Notes: generated from the letters alone by a model not told the origin. Positions 10,519 through 20,374 are shown, numbered from the stretch's first letter. The stretch is DNA of 59,443 bases from an uncultured Mycoplasmatota bacterium (GCA_947574215.1 CANPIX010000004.1:1-59443); one strand, 5' to 3'. A program made the numbers and translations.

Positions 10519-11493
10519 ATGAAAAAATTAAAAATTGCATTTGTTGCATTATTAATGTTAATGCCGAATTTAGTATTGGCTTATTCTAATAAAATTTTGG
10601 TAGGTGGCCAAAATATCGGAATAAGTATACAAAGTAAAGGAATTCTTGTTGTTGGATTTTATAAAGTAGATGGTAAACTAATAAAATCCAATCCTTCTAT
10701 TGAGGTTGGGGATTATATTTTAAAAGTAGGAGAAACAGAAGTAAATTCTATAAATGAATTAACCAATGCTATTGAAAAAAATATTATAGATTCAAAAGTA
10801 GAATTAACAACAATAAGAAAAGGAAAAGAGCGTAAAAGCACTTTATCTTTAATAGAACAAAATGGTATCTTCAAAACAGGTCTATATGTAAAAGATAGCA
10901 TTACAGGAATTGGAACATTAACCTATATTGACCCAGAAAGCAAAATTTTTGGAGCTTTAGGTCATGAAATTATTGAAGCCAATTCTAATAAAAGAATTGA
11001 AGTAAAAACAGGAACGATTTTTAACAGTGTCATTACAGGAATTCATAAAAGTAGTGATGGTTCTCCAGGAGAAAAAAAAGCAAACTTTAAACCTAATGAT
11101 GTTTATGGAACAATTAAAAAAAATACAGAATATGGATTATTTGGAACCTATAATGCTAATCTTCCAGGAAACAAAATGTATGACGTAGCTCAAAAAGAAG
11201 AAGTAAAAGTAGGAGACGCTAAAATATTAACGGTCTTGAATGGCAGTGAAATAAAAGAATACAATATTAACATTACAAAAATCAACGAATACAATAAGAT
11301 TAAAAATATTTCTTTTGAGATTACAGACAAAGAACTTTTGGATCAAGCTGGAGGAGTAGTGCAAGGAATGAGTGGAAGTCCTATTATTCAAAATGAAAAA
11401 ATAATTGGTGCAGTAACACACGTTATAGTTGATAATGTAAAAACAGGCTATGGAATATTTATAACTACGATGTTAGAAGAAGGCGAAAATTAA
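10519..11493 (+). CDS. spoIVB: SpoIVB-type S55 serine peptidase (PDZ plus protease domain)
   Basis: Signal anchor, PDZ-like GDYILKVGETEVNSINEL, GTLTYIDPESKIFGALGH and catalytic-Ser motif GMSGSPII. Confidence 0.8.
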   Translation: MKKLKIAFVALLMLMPNLVLAYSNKILVGGQNIGISIQSKGILVVGFYKVDGKLIKSNPSIEVGDYILKVGETEVNSINELTNAIEKNIIDSKVELTTIRKGKERKSTLSLIEQNGIFKTGLYVKDSITGIGTLTYIDPESKIFGALGHEIIEANSNKRIEVKTGTIFNSVITGIHKSSDGSPGEKKANFKPNDVYGTIKKNTEYGLFGTYNANLPGNKMYDVAQKEEVKVGDAKILTVLNGSEIKEYNINITKINEYNKIKNISFEITDKELLDQAGGVVQGMSGSPIIQNEKIIGAVTHVIVDNVKTGYGIFITTMLEEGEN

Positions 11494-11526
11494 GCCTTTT
11501 TTTATTTTTCCTATTACAAAAATTTA

Positions 11527-11535
11527 TGGTATAAT
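11527..11535 (+). promoter_or_regulatory. extended -10 element (TGGTATAAT)
   Basis: Lies 26 nt upstream of ATG 11561 and overlaps the alternative ATG 11534, which argues for 11561 as the start. Confidence 0.35.
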
Positions 11536-11560
11536 GAATATATTTAAAAGAGGTGTTTAT

Positions 11561-12829
11561 ATGAAAAAATTAATTTTTATTATAGGTTTATGTGTAGCTT
11601 TTATTTTACCTGTACACGCGGCATCATTCAAAATAACTTCAAGTACAAGTAAGGTGGCTCCTAATAAAACCTTTACTATAAAGGTAGGTGGAGACTGTAT
11701 TGGTAAGGTGAACTTGAAGGTTACCAATGGAACATTATCTAAAAGTAGTGTTTGGGTGGAAGAAGGATATGAAAGTATTAGTGTAAAAGCTGGATCAAGT
11801 GGGATAGTCACTGTAACAGCTACTCCTGAAGAAGGATTTTCGGATTCAGATGCTAATATTTATAATCCCGGTTCTAAGAGTGTAAAAGTAAATATATCTA
11901 CACCAAGTTCTTCTTCTGAAGAGAAAGAAGATAAACCAAACAACGTAGACAATTCGACTCCAAAAAAATCTGGAAATAACCAATTGGCTTCTTTAAAAGT
12001 AAGTGCAGGAGTCTTATCTCCTACATTTGAATCGACAAAAAGCGAATATACTTTGGAGTTGGCAAAAGGTAGCGAAGAAATTATTGTAGAAGCAACGGCA
12101 AAAGATAATAAAGCTAAAATAGAAGGAATTGGAAAAATAAATTTACATCCTGGAAACAATGAGATAAAAATACTAGTTACAGCTGAAAACAATACTTCAA
12201 AAACTTATTTAATAAAAGTTTATGTAGAAGAAGAACCAGAAGTTTTTTTTAATTACAATAACAAGACAATTGGAATTGTAAAAAATTTAAAAGGCGCTAT
12301 AATTCCTGAAAATTTTACAGTATCCAACTATACAATAAAAGACAAAAATATTTCTATTTTTACAAAAGAAAATATTGCTATTGTTTATGGAATCAATGAA
12401 GAGCAAGTAAAAAGTTTTTATGTTTTGGATAAAGAAAAACAAGAAATAATAAGTACATTTACGCCAATAAATATAAATAATCGTATTCTTTATGTAGTGG
12501 ATACAAAACCAAAAAAAGAAAATGTTTTTTTAGAAAAAATATCCATAAAAGACACCGAAGTGAATTGCTATTCTCTTTCAAAAGAAGAAGCAAATTATTG
12601 TGTGTTGAATACACTTAAAGAAGATGGTAATTTTGTAGAATATTTGTACGAAACTACTGAAAATAGTGTACAACTATTTCCTGAATTTTTAAATCATATG
12701 AAAACAGAAGAAAACCAAAAAGAAGCAAATAATCTTGTTTTGATTCTTGTTAGTCTATTAGAATTGTGTGTAATTATTTTTTTAGTATTCAATCGAAAAA
12801 AAGGAAGTACCTATGAAAAAGCAAAATAA
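11561..12829 (+). CDS. surface protein: signal peptide, Ig/cohesin-like beta-sandwich, Ser-rich linker, cadherin-like beta-sandwich, C-terminal TM anchor
   Basis: MKKLIFIIGLCVAFILPVHA signal. NQLASLKVSAGVLSPTFESTKSEYTLEL...TAENNTSKTYLIKV matches the cadherin-like beta-sandwich signature. C-terminal hydrophobic LVLILVSLLELCVIIFLVF. Confidence 0.65.
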   Translation: MKKLIFIIGLCVAFILPVHAASFKITSSTSKVAPNKTFTIKVGGDCIGKVNLKVTNGTLSKSSVWVEEGYESISVKAGSSGIVTVTATPEEGFSDSDANIYNPGSKSVKVNISTPSSSSEEKEDKPNNVDNSTPKKSGNNQLASLKVSAGVLSPTFESTKSEYTLELAKGSEEIIVEATAKDNKAKIEGIGKINLHPGNNEIKILVTAENNTSKTYLIKVYVEEEPEVFFNYNNKTIGIVKNLKGAIIPENFTVSNYTIKDKNISIFTKENIAIVYGINEEQVKSFYVLDKEKQEIISTFTPININNRILYVVDTKPKKENVFLEKISIKDTEVNCYSLSKEEANYCVLNTLKEDGNFVEYLYETTENSVQLFPEFLNHMKTEENQKEANNLVLILVSLLELCVIIFLVFNRKKGSTYEKAK

Positions 12830-15710
12830 ACTATTTTTAATTTTATTTATTGGTTTTGCTTTTCTTTTTTCTCAAATAGAGATGGGAAAAGAAAACCGAA
12901 TGGAAACCAAAAACAATACAAACACCTTAGCGTATAATTCAGAAAGAACGTATAAAAGAAATCTTAAAAATCTTGCTGTATTTATTCGCTTTGCTGATAG
13001 TGATGTCATGGTTTCTCATCATTTGGATGATGAAAAAAGTGTAGAAAATGCTTTAAAATTGTTTAACAGTAATGATTTAATCGAAATGGAGAGTGTTATA
13101 GGAAGCTCAACAGGAAAAGTATATGTACCATCATTTAAAAAATATTACGAAAGAGAAAGTTATGGAGATTTATCCATTACAACGGAAATATTTCCAAAAA
13201 TAAATGGGAAAGTGGTTTCCTATACAGATACGCATCCAATAGGCTATTATTTACAGTACAATGAAAACAATACTATTGGATATAAAGACAAAACAGAATC
13301 CTTAAAAAGAGAAACAGAACTTATCAATAGTGCCATTTTGCACATATCAAATATGGTAGCTACTTCAGGAATAACAGGAAATGATTTAGATACCAACCAA
13401 GATGGAATCGTCGATGCTATCTCTTTTGTGATCGAAGGAGTAGATGGAAATAAACTGCCTTCTGCGATTCAATTTAATGATTTGTTATGGTCTCATAAAA
13501 TGGATAATACGGGAATTGCAAATTCCATTTTAGGAAAACGTGTTTCTTCGTATACTCTACTTTATGCCAACGATTATACAGAAGCGGCTGGTTTATTTTC
13601 ATTGGATCGTGGAACGTATGGAACCATTATCCATGAATTTGGCCATATGTTGGGATTTATGGACTTGTATCGATATCGAAATGATACAGCTAAGCCTGTA
13701 GGATTTTATGATATTATGGGAAATACAATTGGTTCCAATCCCCAAAGTTTTTTAACGTATTTTACTAGCGAATATCATTCGACAACTAATTGGCACAATC
13801 CGCTTCCCATTGTTGAAAAAACAACCGAAAATATTACGCTTTATAAACCAAAATATATAGATAAAAATGAACAAAGAGCTATCAAAATTCAAATAGGAGG
13901 GAATCCAAAAGAATACTTTATTGTCGAATATCATGAGAAAAAGAATACGTATTCTTCCTATGCAGCTGAATCGAGCGGAATACTTGTTTATCGTATTAAT
14001 GACAACAACAAATATTTAGGAAACAATGCAAGTGGCAATCAAGGAGGAAAAGATCATATTTATATTTTCCGTCCTAATGAAACCGGAGTAGGCGATGCAT
14101 CTGGAAATCTATCACAGGCTACCTTAAATATGAAAAGAAATAAATTAGGAAAAGAACTGGTATTAGGAAGCCAAAGTTTTGAAAGACAATCTATTTTCTT
14201 TTCAGATGGAACCAATTCTGGTTTAATAATTGAAGTAACAAAAGAAACGACAGATTCTATTACATTTAATGTCATTTTTCCAAAAATGGAAGGTGATGGA
14301 ACAAAAACGAATCCTTATTTGATAAGAGATACAAAGACTTTTCTTTATTTAATGAATACTTCCACTAAAAACAAATATTACAAATTGCTAAACGATTTAG
14401 ATTTTAAAGATGTATCGTATCCTTCTATTCAATTTGAAGGGAATTTCGATGGAAATAATAAAACCATTCGTAATATATCTGCAAAAAATACAGGAGTGTT
14501 TAAAACGATTGGTCATTTTGCAACTGCAACAAAAATAGAAAATTTAACAATTGAGAATATAGAGATTGTGTCGGATTCTGGCTATACACTTGGAGGATTT
14601 GCTAATTCCGCTGAGAATGTTACTTTAACAAATATCCATGTGAAAAGTGGAAAAGTTCTTCAAGAGAAAGATCCTATTTACGACTCAGAAACAACTGGAG
14701 GTTTTATAGGAAGTGTAGAAAATACGGCAACTATCGATACGTGTTCTTCGAATGTAGAAGTTAGTGCTAAAAAAAATGCTGGAGGTTTTATAGGATTAAA
14801 TAAAAATGCAACGATAAAGAATAGTTTTGTTTTAGGGAATATTAATGGATCTTCTAACATAGGAAGTTTTATAGGATTACAACTCATAACGGATGCAACT
14901 TACCGTGTTCCAGAAAACGTTTATTATGATAAAAATTCTTTGTACAATGCTGTGGGTGGCTATGATAAATTTTTTCATAATTTAAATGCTTTAAGTGAAA
15001 AAGATTTAACTAAAGGAATTACATCCATTTCCTTTCCAAAAGAAATTCTTATTACAAAATATACAAACATCAACTTACCCGTTACAATATCGCCCTACAA
15101 AGATTTATATTTTACAGTTGTTTCTGATAATAATTCAGTTGTAACTTATGAAAATAACCAATTAAAAGGAATTAATGTTGGAAATACACAAATTACAATT
15201 TCTCTTCCTGTAGGGTCATCGTATATGATTTTTAAAAGAAAAGTCATTGTAGAAGATACCAAAACTTCACTGACTGAAGATGAGGTAATGAACTATTTAG
15301 GGCTTACAAAAAAATCAAATTATGTAAGTGGTTTTCCGTTAGGTACGAAGATAAAAGAGATACAACAAAAAATAATGGCAGAACCTAGAATTCAATTTCA
15401 ACATTTCGCAAATGAAAACAATATTCCAATTAAAGACGGTCTCATTGCAACTGGAATGAAATTAACAATTGCAATGAATCAAATTCAATACACTTATACC
15501 ATTGTAGTAAAAGGTGATGTGAACGGTGATGGTTTAATTTACGCGACCGATTACGTAAAAATAAAAAATCATATTATGGGAAAAACAAAGCTTTCAGGAG
15601 CTTATTTAATGGCCTCTGATATAAATAATGATGGAAAAATTTACGCGACCGATTATGTTCTTGTCAAAAATCATATTATGGGAAAAAGTAGTATCGTTCA
15701 AAAATTATAA
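12813..15710 (+). CDS. secreted M6 (immune inhibitor A-like) zinc metalloprotease with GLUG-type repeats, Big_2-like domain and C-terminal dockerin
   Basis: Signal peptide. HEFGHMLGF zinc motif at 13632-13646. Repeated GGFIG/GGFAN motifs. Two DxNxDGxIxxxD loops at the C-terminus. The start overlaps the upstream gene by 17 nt. Confidence 0.8.
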   Translation: MKKQNKLFLILFIGFAFLFSQIEMGKENRMETKNNTNTLAYNSERTYKRNLKNLAVFIRFADSDVMVSHHLDDEKSVENALKLFNSNDLIEMESVIGSSTGKVYVPSFKKYYERESYGDLSITTEIFPKINGKVVSYTDTHPIGYYLQYNENNTIGYKDKTESLKRETELINSAILHISNMVATSGITGNDLDTNQDGIVDAISFVIEGVDGNKLPSAIQFNDLLWSHKMDNTGIANSILGKRVSSYTLLYANDYTEAAGLFSLDRGTYGTIIHEFGHMLGFMDLYRYRNDTAKPVGFYDIMGNTIGSNPQSFLTYFTSEYHSTTNWHNPLPIVEKTTENITLYKPKYIDKNEQRAIKIQIGGNPKEYFIVEYHEKKNTYSSYAAESSGILVYRINDNNKYLGNNASGNQGGKDHIYIFRPNETGVGDASGNLSQATLNMKRNKLGKELVLGSQSFERQSIFFSDGTNSGLIIEVTKETTDSITFNVIFPKMEGDGTKTNPYLIRDTKTFLYLMNTSTKNKYYKLLNDLDFKDVSYPSIQFEGNFDGNNKTIRNISAKNTGVFKTIGHFATATKIENLTIENIEIVSDSGYTLGGFANSAENVTLTNIHVKSGKVLQEKDPIYDSETTGGFIGSVENTATIDTCSSNVEVSAKKNAGGFIGLNKNATIKNSFVLGNINGSSNIGSFIGLQLITDATYRVPENVYYDKNSLYNAVGGYDKFFHNLNALSEKDLTKGITSISFPKEILITKYTNINLPVTISPYKDLYFTVVSDNNSVVTYENNQLKGINVGNTQITISLPVGSSYMIFKRKVIVEDTKTSLTEDEVMNYLGLTKKSNYVSGFPLGTKIKEIQQKIMAEPRIQFQHFANENNIPIKDGLIATGMKLTIAMNQIQYTYTIVVKGDVNGDGLIYATDYVKIKNHIMGKTKLSGAYLMASDINNDGKIYATDYVLVKNHIMGKSSIVQKL
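15513..15686 (+). other. type-I-like dockerin module (two Ca-binding repeats) of the M6 protease
   Basis: GDVNGDGLIYATDYVKIKNHIMGK and SDINNDGKIYATDYVLVKNHIMGK duplicated segments. Confidence 0.7.
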
Positions 15711-15729
15711 ATAAGTAAATAAAATAAAA

Positions 15730-15755
15730 AATGTCAAAAATCGACATTTTTTTTC
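15730..15755 (+). terminator. rho-independent terminator after the M6 protease gene
   Basis: AATGTC-aaaaatc-GACATT hairpin followed by TTTTTTT. Confidence 0.5.
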
Positions 15756-15791
15756 TTATATGTATGTTATACAACTTGTAGGTGATTTAGT

Positions 15792-16223
15792 ATGAAAAAA
15801 ACTTTAAAAATAATTTGCTTTTCCTCTATAGTAGGAGTTCTATTAGCTGGTCTGTTTTTTTTCACAATCAAAGAAAAAGCAGAGGCTAAAAATAAACCAG
15901 TCTTATACGCTTTTCAAGTAGGAGTATTTAAAAATTTAGAAAATGCCAATAGTTATAAAAATCGATTTTCTTCAAGTAAAATTGTTTATGATGGTGAGTA
16001 TTATCGTATTTTCATTGGGATTACCATTGACAATAAAGAATACCTTTCTACTCTTTTTGATCAAAAGAAGTACAATTATTACGTTAAAGAAATAGAAACA
16101 ACAGAAGAATTCGCTGAAGAAATAAAAAAATACGATGCTTTGTTTAAAAAAAGTAGTGAAGAAAGTCAAACTCAAATTTTAATAAAAATGTTAGAGAGTT
16201 ATACAAATGAATTACAGAATTAA
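15792..16223 (+). CDS. membrane-anchored SPOR-domain protein
   Basis: N-terminal TM segment. YAFQVGVFKNLENANSYKNRF...YYRIFIG resembles the SPOR peptidoglycan-binding fold signature. Confidence 0.55.
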   Translation: MKKTLKIICFSSIVGVLLAGLFFFTIKEKAEAKNKPVLYAFQVGVFKNLENANSYKNRFSSSKIVYDGEYYRIFIGITIDNKEYLSTLFDQKKYNYYVKEIETTEEFAEEIKKYDALFKKSSEESQTQILIKMLESYTNELQN

Positions 16224-16887
16224 AGATTTGCCTGTTGATGAAAGACCTCGCGAAAAACTAAAAGAAAAAGGCAGTGAAAATTTATCAAATGAAGAATTAT
16301 TAGCTATTATTTTGAGATGTGGGAATAAAGAAGAATCAGTAAAAGATTTAGCAATTCGACTAGTAAAAACATTAGAAAGCTTTCATGATTTAAAAAGCAT
16401 AACGTATCAAGATTTAATTAAAATAAAAGGAATTAAGGACGCCAAAGCGATTTCTCTATTAGCAAGTATAGAACTTGGAAAAAGATTATTAAATAAGCCA
16501 ATAGGAAAAAAAGAAAAAATAACAAACGCAGAAACTCTTTATAAAAAATTTCAGGCAAAAACGATTGGATTAAAACAAGAAAAATTGTTTGCTATCTTTT
16601 TAAATACCAAAAATGAAATAATAAAAGAAGAAGTTCTTTTTATAGGAACACAAAATAAAAGCATTACGCATCCTCGAGAGATTTTTAACGCGGCAATTAA
16701 AAATAGTGCTGTAAAATTTATTTTGATGCATAATCATCCAACAGGAGATGTTATGCCAAGTAAAGAAGATATTTTATTTACAGAAAATATTAAAAAGATT
16801 GGAGACATGATGCAAATTCCTTTACTAGATCATATTATTATCAGTGAAAGCTCTTTTTTTAGTTTTTTTGATCATCAAATGCTTTAA
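16207..16887 (+). CDS. radC: RadC-family JAMM-motif protein
   Basis: N-terminal IKDLPVDERPREKL, HhH region and JAMM motif HNHPTGDVMPSKEDI. Confidence 0.9.
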   Translation: MNYRIKDLPVDERPREKLKEKGSENLSNEELLAIILRCGNKEESVKDLAIRLVKTLESFHDLKSITYQDLIKIKGIKDAKAISLLASIELGKRLLNKPIGKKEKITNAETLYKKFQAKTIGLKQEKLFAIFLNTKNEIIKEEVLFIGTQNKSITHPREIFNAAIKNSAVKFILMHNHPTGDVMPSKEDILFTENIKKIGDMMQIPLLDHIIISESSFFSFFDHQML

Positions 16888-16925
16888 TTTTAAAAAAATA
16901 TTCCATACTAAAAATGGTGAAGTGT

Positions 16926-17594
16926 ATGACAAAAAAGGGAAAAGTACTTATTATATTTCTTATAATAATTGGAATCATATTGAAAGAAGAAATTTATGAT
17001 TTTTTATTTAAAATAGGAGAAATCAATAAAACAAATGCTTACGTTTGTTCGATAAAAAATGAAGAAATTTTACAAAAATACCAAGAATTAGAAAATGCAT
17101 ATCATTATCAAGACTTGCTTTCTTATCACACAACTCCATCCAAAATATTGTATCGAGATATTTACAATTTGTCCCATCATATTACTATTTATAAAGGAAG
17201 TAAAGAGGGAATAAAAGAAAAAAATTTAGTGGTAAATAGTGAAGGACTTGTGGGGATAGTTACAAAGGTCAATAAAAACAGCAGTGAAGTAGATTTACTT
17301 ATACATGAAAATATAAATTTATCGGTAAAAATAAATGACAATTATGGCATTTTAAAATACGAGGAAAAGGATTTAGTCATAAAAGGCATTAATAATAAAG
17401 GGAAAATCGAAAAAGGGGATAAAGTATACACAAGTGATATTTCTATCTACCCTGAAAATGTTTTTATAGGTGAAGTTTCAGAAATATCTTTTGATAACTA
17501 TGAAATTGAAAAAATAGTAAAAATAATTCCAGCTGTAAATTTTGAAAACTTAAAATATGTAAGTGTAATTACAGATTTACGAGGTGAAGAATGA
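16926..17594 (+). CDS. mreC: rod shape-determining protein MreC
   Basis: N-terminal TM and coiled coil. Beta-barrel region with GLVGIVTKVNKNSSEVDLL and GDKVYTSDISIYPENVFIGEV. Lies directly upstream of an mreD-like gene. Confidence 0.75.
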   Translation: MTKKGKVLIIFLIIIGIILKEEIYDFLFKIGEINKTNAYVCSIKNEEILQKYQELENAYHYQDLLSYHTTPSKILYRDIYNLSHHITIYKGSKEGIKEKNLVVNSEGLVGIVTKVNKNSSEVDLLIHENINLSVKINDNYGILKYEEKDLVIKGINNKGKIEKGDKVYTSDISIYPENVFIGEVSEISFDNYEIEKIVKIIPAVNFENLKYVSVITDLRGEE

Positions 17595-17956
17595 CATTTC
17601 TTTATTTTGTATTAGACGTATGTTTTTACAACTTTACCTCGATCAAAACGGATTTTTTATTACAAATTTTTTTCGAAAGAAAAGAAAACAAGTTTTTTTA
17701 TTATGGTAGTCTTATTTTTATTGATTGGCTTTTACTTGCTAAGGGAAAATTTTTTTTGTTATACGTTTTACTTTCTATACTTAATAAAAAGATAAAACTG
17801 TCTTATCAAGATATACAATTCCTTTTTTTACGTTTTTTTCTTTTGTATGTTTTTTATAAAATTGGTATTTTTCTTCTTTTTCAACAATTTATTTTTGATT
17901 GGCTTGGTTTTATTTTTAACCTTTTGTTGCTTTTTCTTCTGCATAAAAAGTTTTAA
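17591..17956 (+). CDS. mreD: putative MreD (short, very Phe/Leu-rich polytopic membrane protein)
   Basis: Called by position only. ATGA start/stop overlap with mreC. About four hydrophobic segments. Only 121 aa. Confidence 0.45.
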   Translation: MTFLYFVLDVCFYNFTSIKTDFLLQIFFERKENKFFYYGSLIFIDWLLLAKGKFFLLYVLLSILNKKIKLSYQDIQFLFLRFFLLYVFYKIGIFLLFQQFIFDWLGFIFNLLLLFLLHKKF

Positions 17957-17984
17957 TTTTTCATAAATTGTAATGGTGATAAAT

Positions 17985-18611
17985 ATGGACCATTTACTTT
18001 TAGAAGCCCAAAATCGCATTCGAAACAAACGAATACATTTAGTAAGTACACAAAAAAAGCAAAAAGAAAAACCTTCAAAATATATTTCTGAATTGTTTAC
18101 TCGAACGCTTTTAAGTGTCATATTGGTTTTGTTATGTGCCATTTTTGTCAATAGTAGCGATGCCAATTTACTTCTTTTTAAAAATCATTTGTTTAATGAA
18201 ACGTTAGCCTTTACAAAAATCAATAATTTTTATACAAAATATTTTGGGGATCTTATTCCTGATAAAATCAATAACACTCTTCCTGTTTTTGATACAGGAA
18301 AGAATTATTCAAACATTGAAAAAGAAAATGATTCGTTTCGAGTACATTTAACAAGCAATACGTATAATTTTTTAGAAAGTGGAGTCATTGTTTTTTTAGG
18401 AGAAAAAGAAGGTTTTGGAAAAACCATGATTGTTCAAGGAATCGATGGAGTTGATATTTGGTATTCCAATTTAACCAATCTAAATGCAACAATGTACGAT
18501 TATGTTGAAAAAAATAGTATAGTTGGAGAATTTAATGACCAAAATGCCGTTTTAACATTTGTTGAAAATGGAGAATACATTGGCTATGAAAAATATATCA
18601 GCGAAATTTAA
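17985..18611 (+). CDS. SpoIVFA-like membrane protein with degenerate LytM/M23 domain
   Basis: TM segment LLSVILVLLCAIFV. C-terminal GVIVFLGEKEGFGKTMIVQGIDGVDIWYSNL resembles M23 but lacks the catalytic His motifs. Lies upstream of spoIVFB, as in B. subtilis. Confidence 0.5.
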   Translation: MDHLLLEAQNRIRNKRIHLVSTQKKQKEKPSKYISELFTRTLLSVILVLLCAIFVNSSDANLLLFKNHLFNETLAFTKINNFYTKYFGDLIPDKINNTLPVFDTGKNYSNIEKENDSFRVHLTSNTYNFLESGVIVFLGEKEGFGKTMIVQGIDGVDIWYSNLTNLNATMYDYVEKNSIVGEFNDQNAVLTFVENGEYIGYEKYISEI

Positions 18612-19365
18612 AATAAATGCATTATGTTATTTTATCTTTTTGAGTTTCCTTCTCACTGGTTTTATTAAAAACATACTTCTTATTTTTTTAATCGTTTTTA
18701 TTCATGAATTAGGACATGTCTTTTTTTTGAAATGTTTTCATTATGAAATCATAAAAGTTGAATTATTACCTTTTGGAGGAGTCACTAAAACAGATAAACT
18801 TATCAATTCACCAATTGACAAAGATATTCTTATTTATTTAGGAGGAATTTTTTTTCAAATTTTATTGGCCATTTTGTTTCGTTTTTTGTATCAAAATGGT
18901 TGGATTTTAGAAAATACCTATTTTCTTTTCCAATATTATAATAAAAGTATTTTTTTCTTTAATTTGCTTCCAATACGACCTTTAGATGGAGCAGAAATAC
19001 TTCTTCTCCTTTTTCAAAAATTTATCCCTTTTGAAAAAACGCTTCGAATTTCTAATCAAATGTCTATAGTTTTTCTTTTTCTCTTTGTTCTTTACAATAT
19101 AAAGAGTAATTTAAATCAAATGATTGTCATTAGTTTTTTACTTTACAAAATTATTGATTTTGTAAGAAAAAAAGAATTTCTTAAAAATAAATTTTTATTG
19201 GAACGATTTTTATACAATATTCCTTACAAAAAAATTGAACACACAGTTATAACAAATCCTAATCTCTTAAAAAAAGAAACACTTCATTTTTTTAAAAAAG
19301 GAGAGAAATACGTTCATGAAAAAGAAATACTAAGGCAAAAGTTTGACAATCGTACGTATTTTTGA
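18568..19365 (+). CDS. spoIVFB: site-2 (M50) intramembrane metalloprotease, SpoIVFB-like
   Basis: HELGH motif (FIHELGHVFF) and NLLPIRPLDGAEIL (NxxPxxxLDG). The start codon is uncertain (18559, 18568 or 18586). Confidence 0.75.
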   Translation: MENTLAMKNISAKFKINALCYFIFLSFLLTGFIKNILLIFLIVFIHELGHVFFLKCFHYEIIKVELLPFGGVTKTDKLINSPIDKDILIYLGGIFFQILLAILFRFLYQNGWILENTYFLFQYYNKSIFFFNLLPIRPLDGAEILLLLFQKFIPFEKTLRISNQMSIVFLFLFVLYNIKSNLNQMIVISFLLYKIIDFVRKKEFLKNKFLLERFLYNIPYKKIEHTVITNPNLLKKETLHFFKKGEKYVHEKEILRQKFDNRTYF

Positions 19366-19375
19366 TAAAATGGAC

Positions 19376-19460
19376 TACGTTTGGAAGGGCTTTTCTTTCT
19401 AAAACCGCATGGAAAAGGTTAAAGCCTATAAAGCACCTTAACAGCGAGTCTTATAAATAA
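19376..19460 (+). promoter_or_regulatory. 5' leader of the rplU-prp-rpmA operon, at the position of the ribosomal L21 leader
   Basis: 107-nt untranslated gap with local pairing potential (AAGGT...ACCTT). The assignment is by position only and was not verified against a covariance model. Confidence 0.25.
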
Positions 19461-19472
19461 AGGAGGTAAGAA

Positions 19473-19775
19473 ATGAAAGCTATATTTACGACAGGTGGAA
19501 AGCAGTATTATGTAACAGAAGGCGACACCATTTTTGTTGAAAAACTACCAAATGAAGCGGGAAGTGAAGTTGTATTTACAGAAGTTTTATTTGTAGATGG
19601 TAAAGTCGGAAATCCTTATGTTAGTGGTGCAAAAGTAAGTTGTACTGTAGAAAAACATGGGAAACAAAAAAAGATTGTTGTTTTCAAATACAAACCAAAA
19701 AAGAAGTATCGTAATAAACAAGGTCATAGACAACCTTATACAAAATTAGTGGTTAAAAAAATCGAAGCTAAATAG
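19473..19775 (+). CDS. rplU: 50S ribosomal protein L21
   Basis: [28 protein letters not shown]... is typical of L21. Confidence 0.95.
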   Translation: MKAIFTTGGKQYYVTEGDTIFVEKLPNEAGSEVVFTEVLFVDGKVGNPYVSGAKVSCTVEKHGKQKKIVVFKYKPKKKYRNKQGHRQPYTKLVVKKIEAK

Positions 19776-19777
19776 TT

Positions 19778-20086
19778 ATGATACATATTCAAATAAAAAA
19801 GGAAAACCAAGAGATTACTTCTATTGAAATTTCAGGTCATTCAGGATATGCAAAATCTGGATATGATATTGTTTGTTCTGCAGTATCCAGTATTGTTATA
19901 ACAAGTGTAAATGCGATTTTGTCTTTAGAAGAAAAGACCATTGCTGTAACAGATGATGGAAGTGTTTTAAAAATAAGAATTAAAAAACACGATAGAATTA
20001 CAAACATCTTAATAGAAAATATGTTAAATCTCTTAAAAGAATTAGAAAATCAATACCAAAAAAATATAAAAATGGAAGGAGAATAG
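19778..20086 (+). CDS. prp: ribosomal-processing cysteine protease Prp (YsxB family)
   Basis: GHSGYAKSGYDIVCSAVSSI motif. Located between rplU and rpmA. Confidence 0.85.
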   Translation: MIHIQIKKENQEITSIEISGHSGYAKSGYDIVCSAVSSIVITSVNAILSLEEKTIAVTDDGSVLKIRIKKHDRITNILIENMLNLLKELENQYQKNIKMEGE

Positions 20087-20089
20087 CGA

Positions 20090-20374
20090 ATGTTAAGATT
20101 TGCCTTGAATATTCAACGTTTTGCCCATATTAAAGCGCAAGGTTCTACAAAAAACGGCCGTGATAGTGCTGGTAGACGACTAGGTGCAAAAGCAAGCGAT
20201 GGAGAATTTGTCAGCGCTGGATCTATTTTATATCGCCAAAGAGGTACAAAAATTTATCCAGGAACAAACGTTGGAATGGGTCGCGATCATACTCTATTTG
20301 CTAAAATAGATGGAGTTGTAAAATTCGAAAGATTAGGAAGAGACAAAAAGAAAGTAAGCGTATACGTTAAGTAA
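20090..20374 (+). CDS. rpmA: 50S ribosomal protein L27 with N-terminal Prp-cleaved extension
   Basis: [26 protein letters not shown]... An N-terminal propeptide of this form is typical of Bacillota that carry Prp. Confidence 0.95.
   Translation: MLRFALNIQRFAHIKAQGSTKNGRDSAGRRLGAKASDGEFVSAGSILYRQRGTKIYPGTNVGMGRDHTLFAKIDGVVKFERLGRDKKKVSVYVK

Noticed and set aside
17828-18166. 112-aa Lys-rich minus-strand ORF spanning the mreD / spoIVFA-like junction.
   Set aside because: It is the antisense of a Phe/Leu-rich membrane gene (AAA/TTT mirror). There is no RBS, and conserved synteny supports the plus-strand genes.
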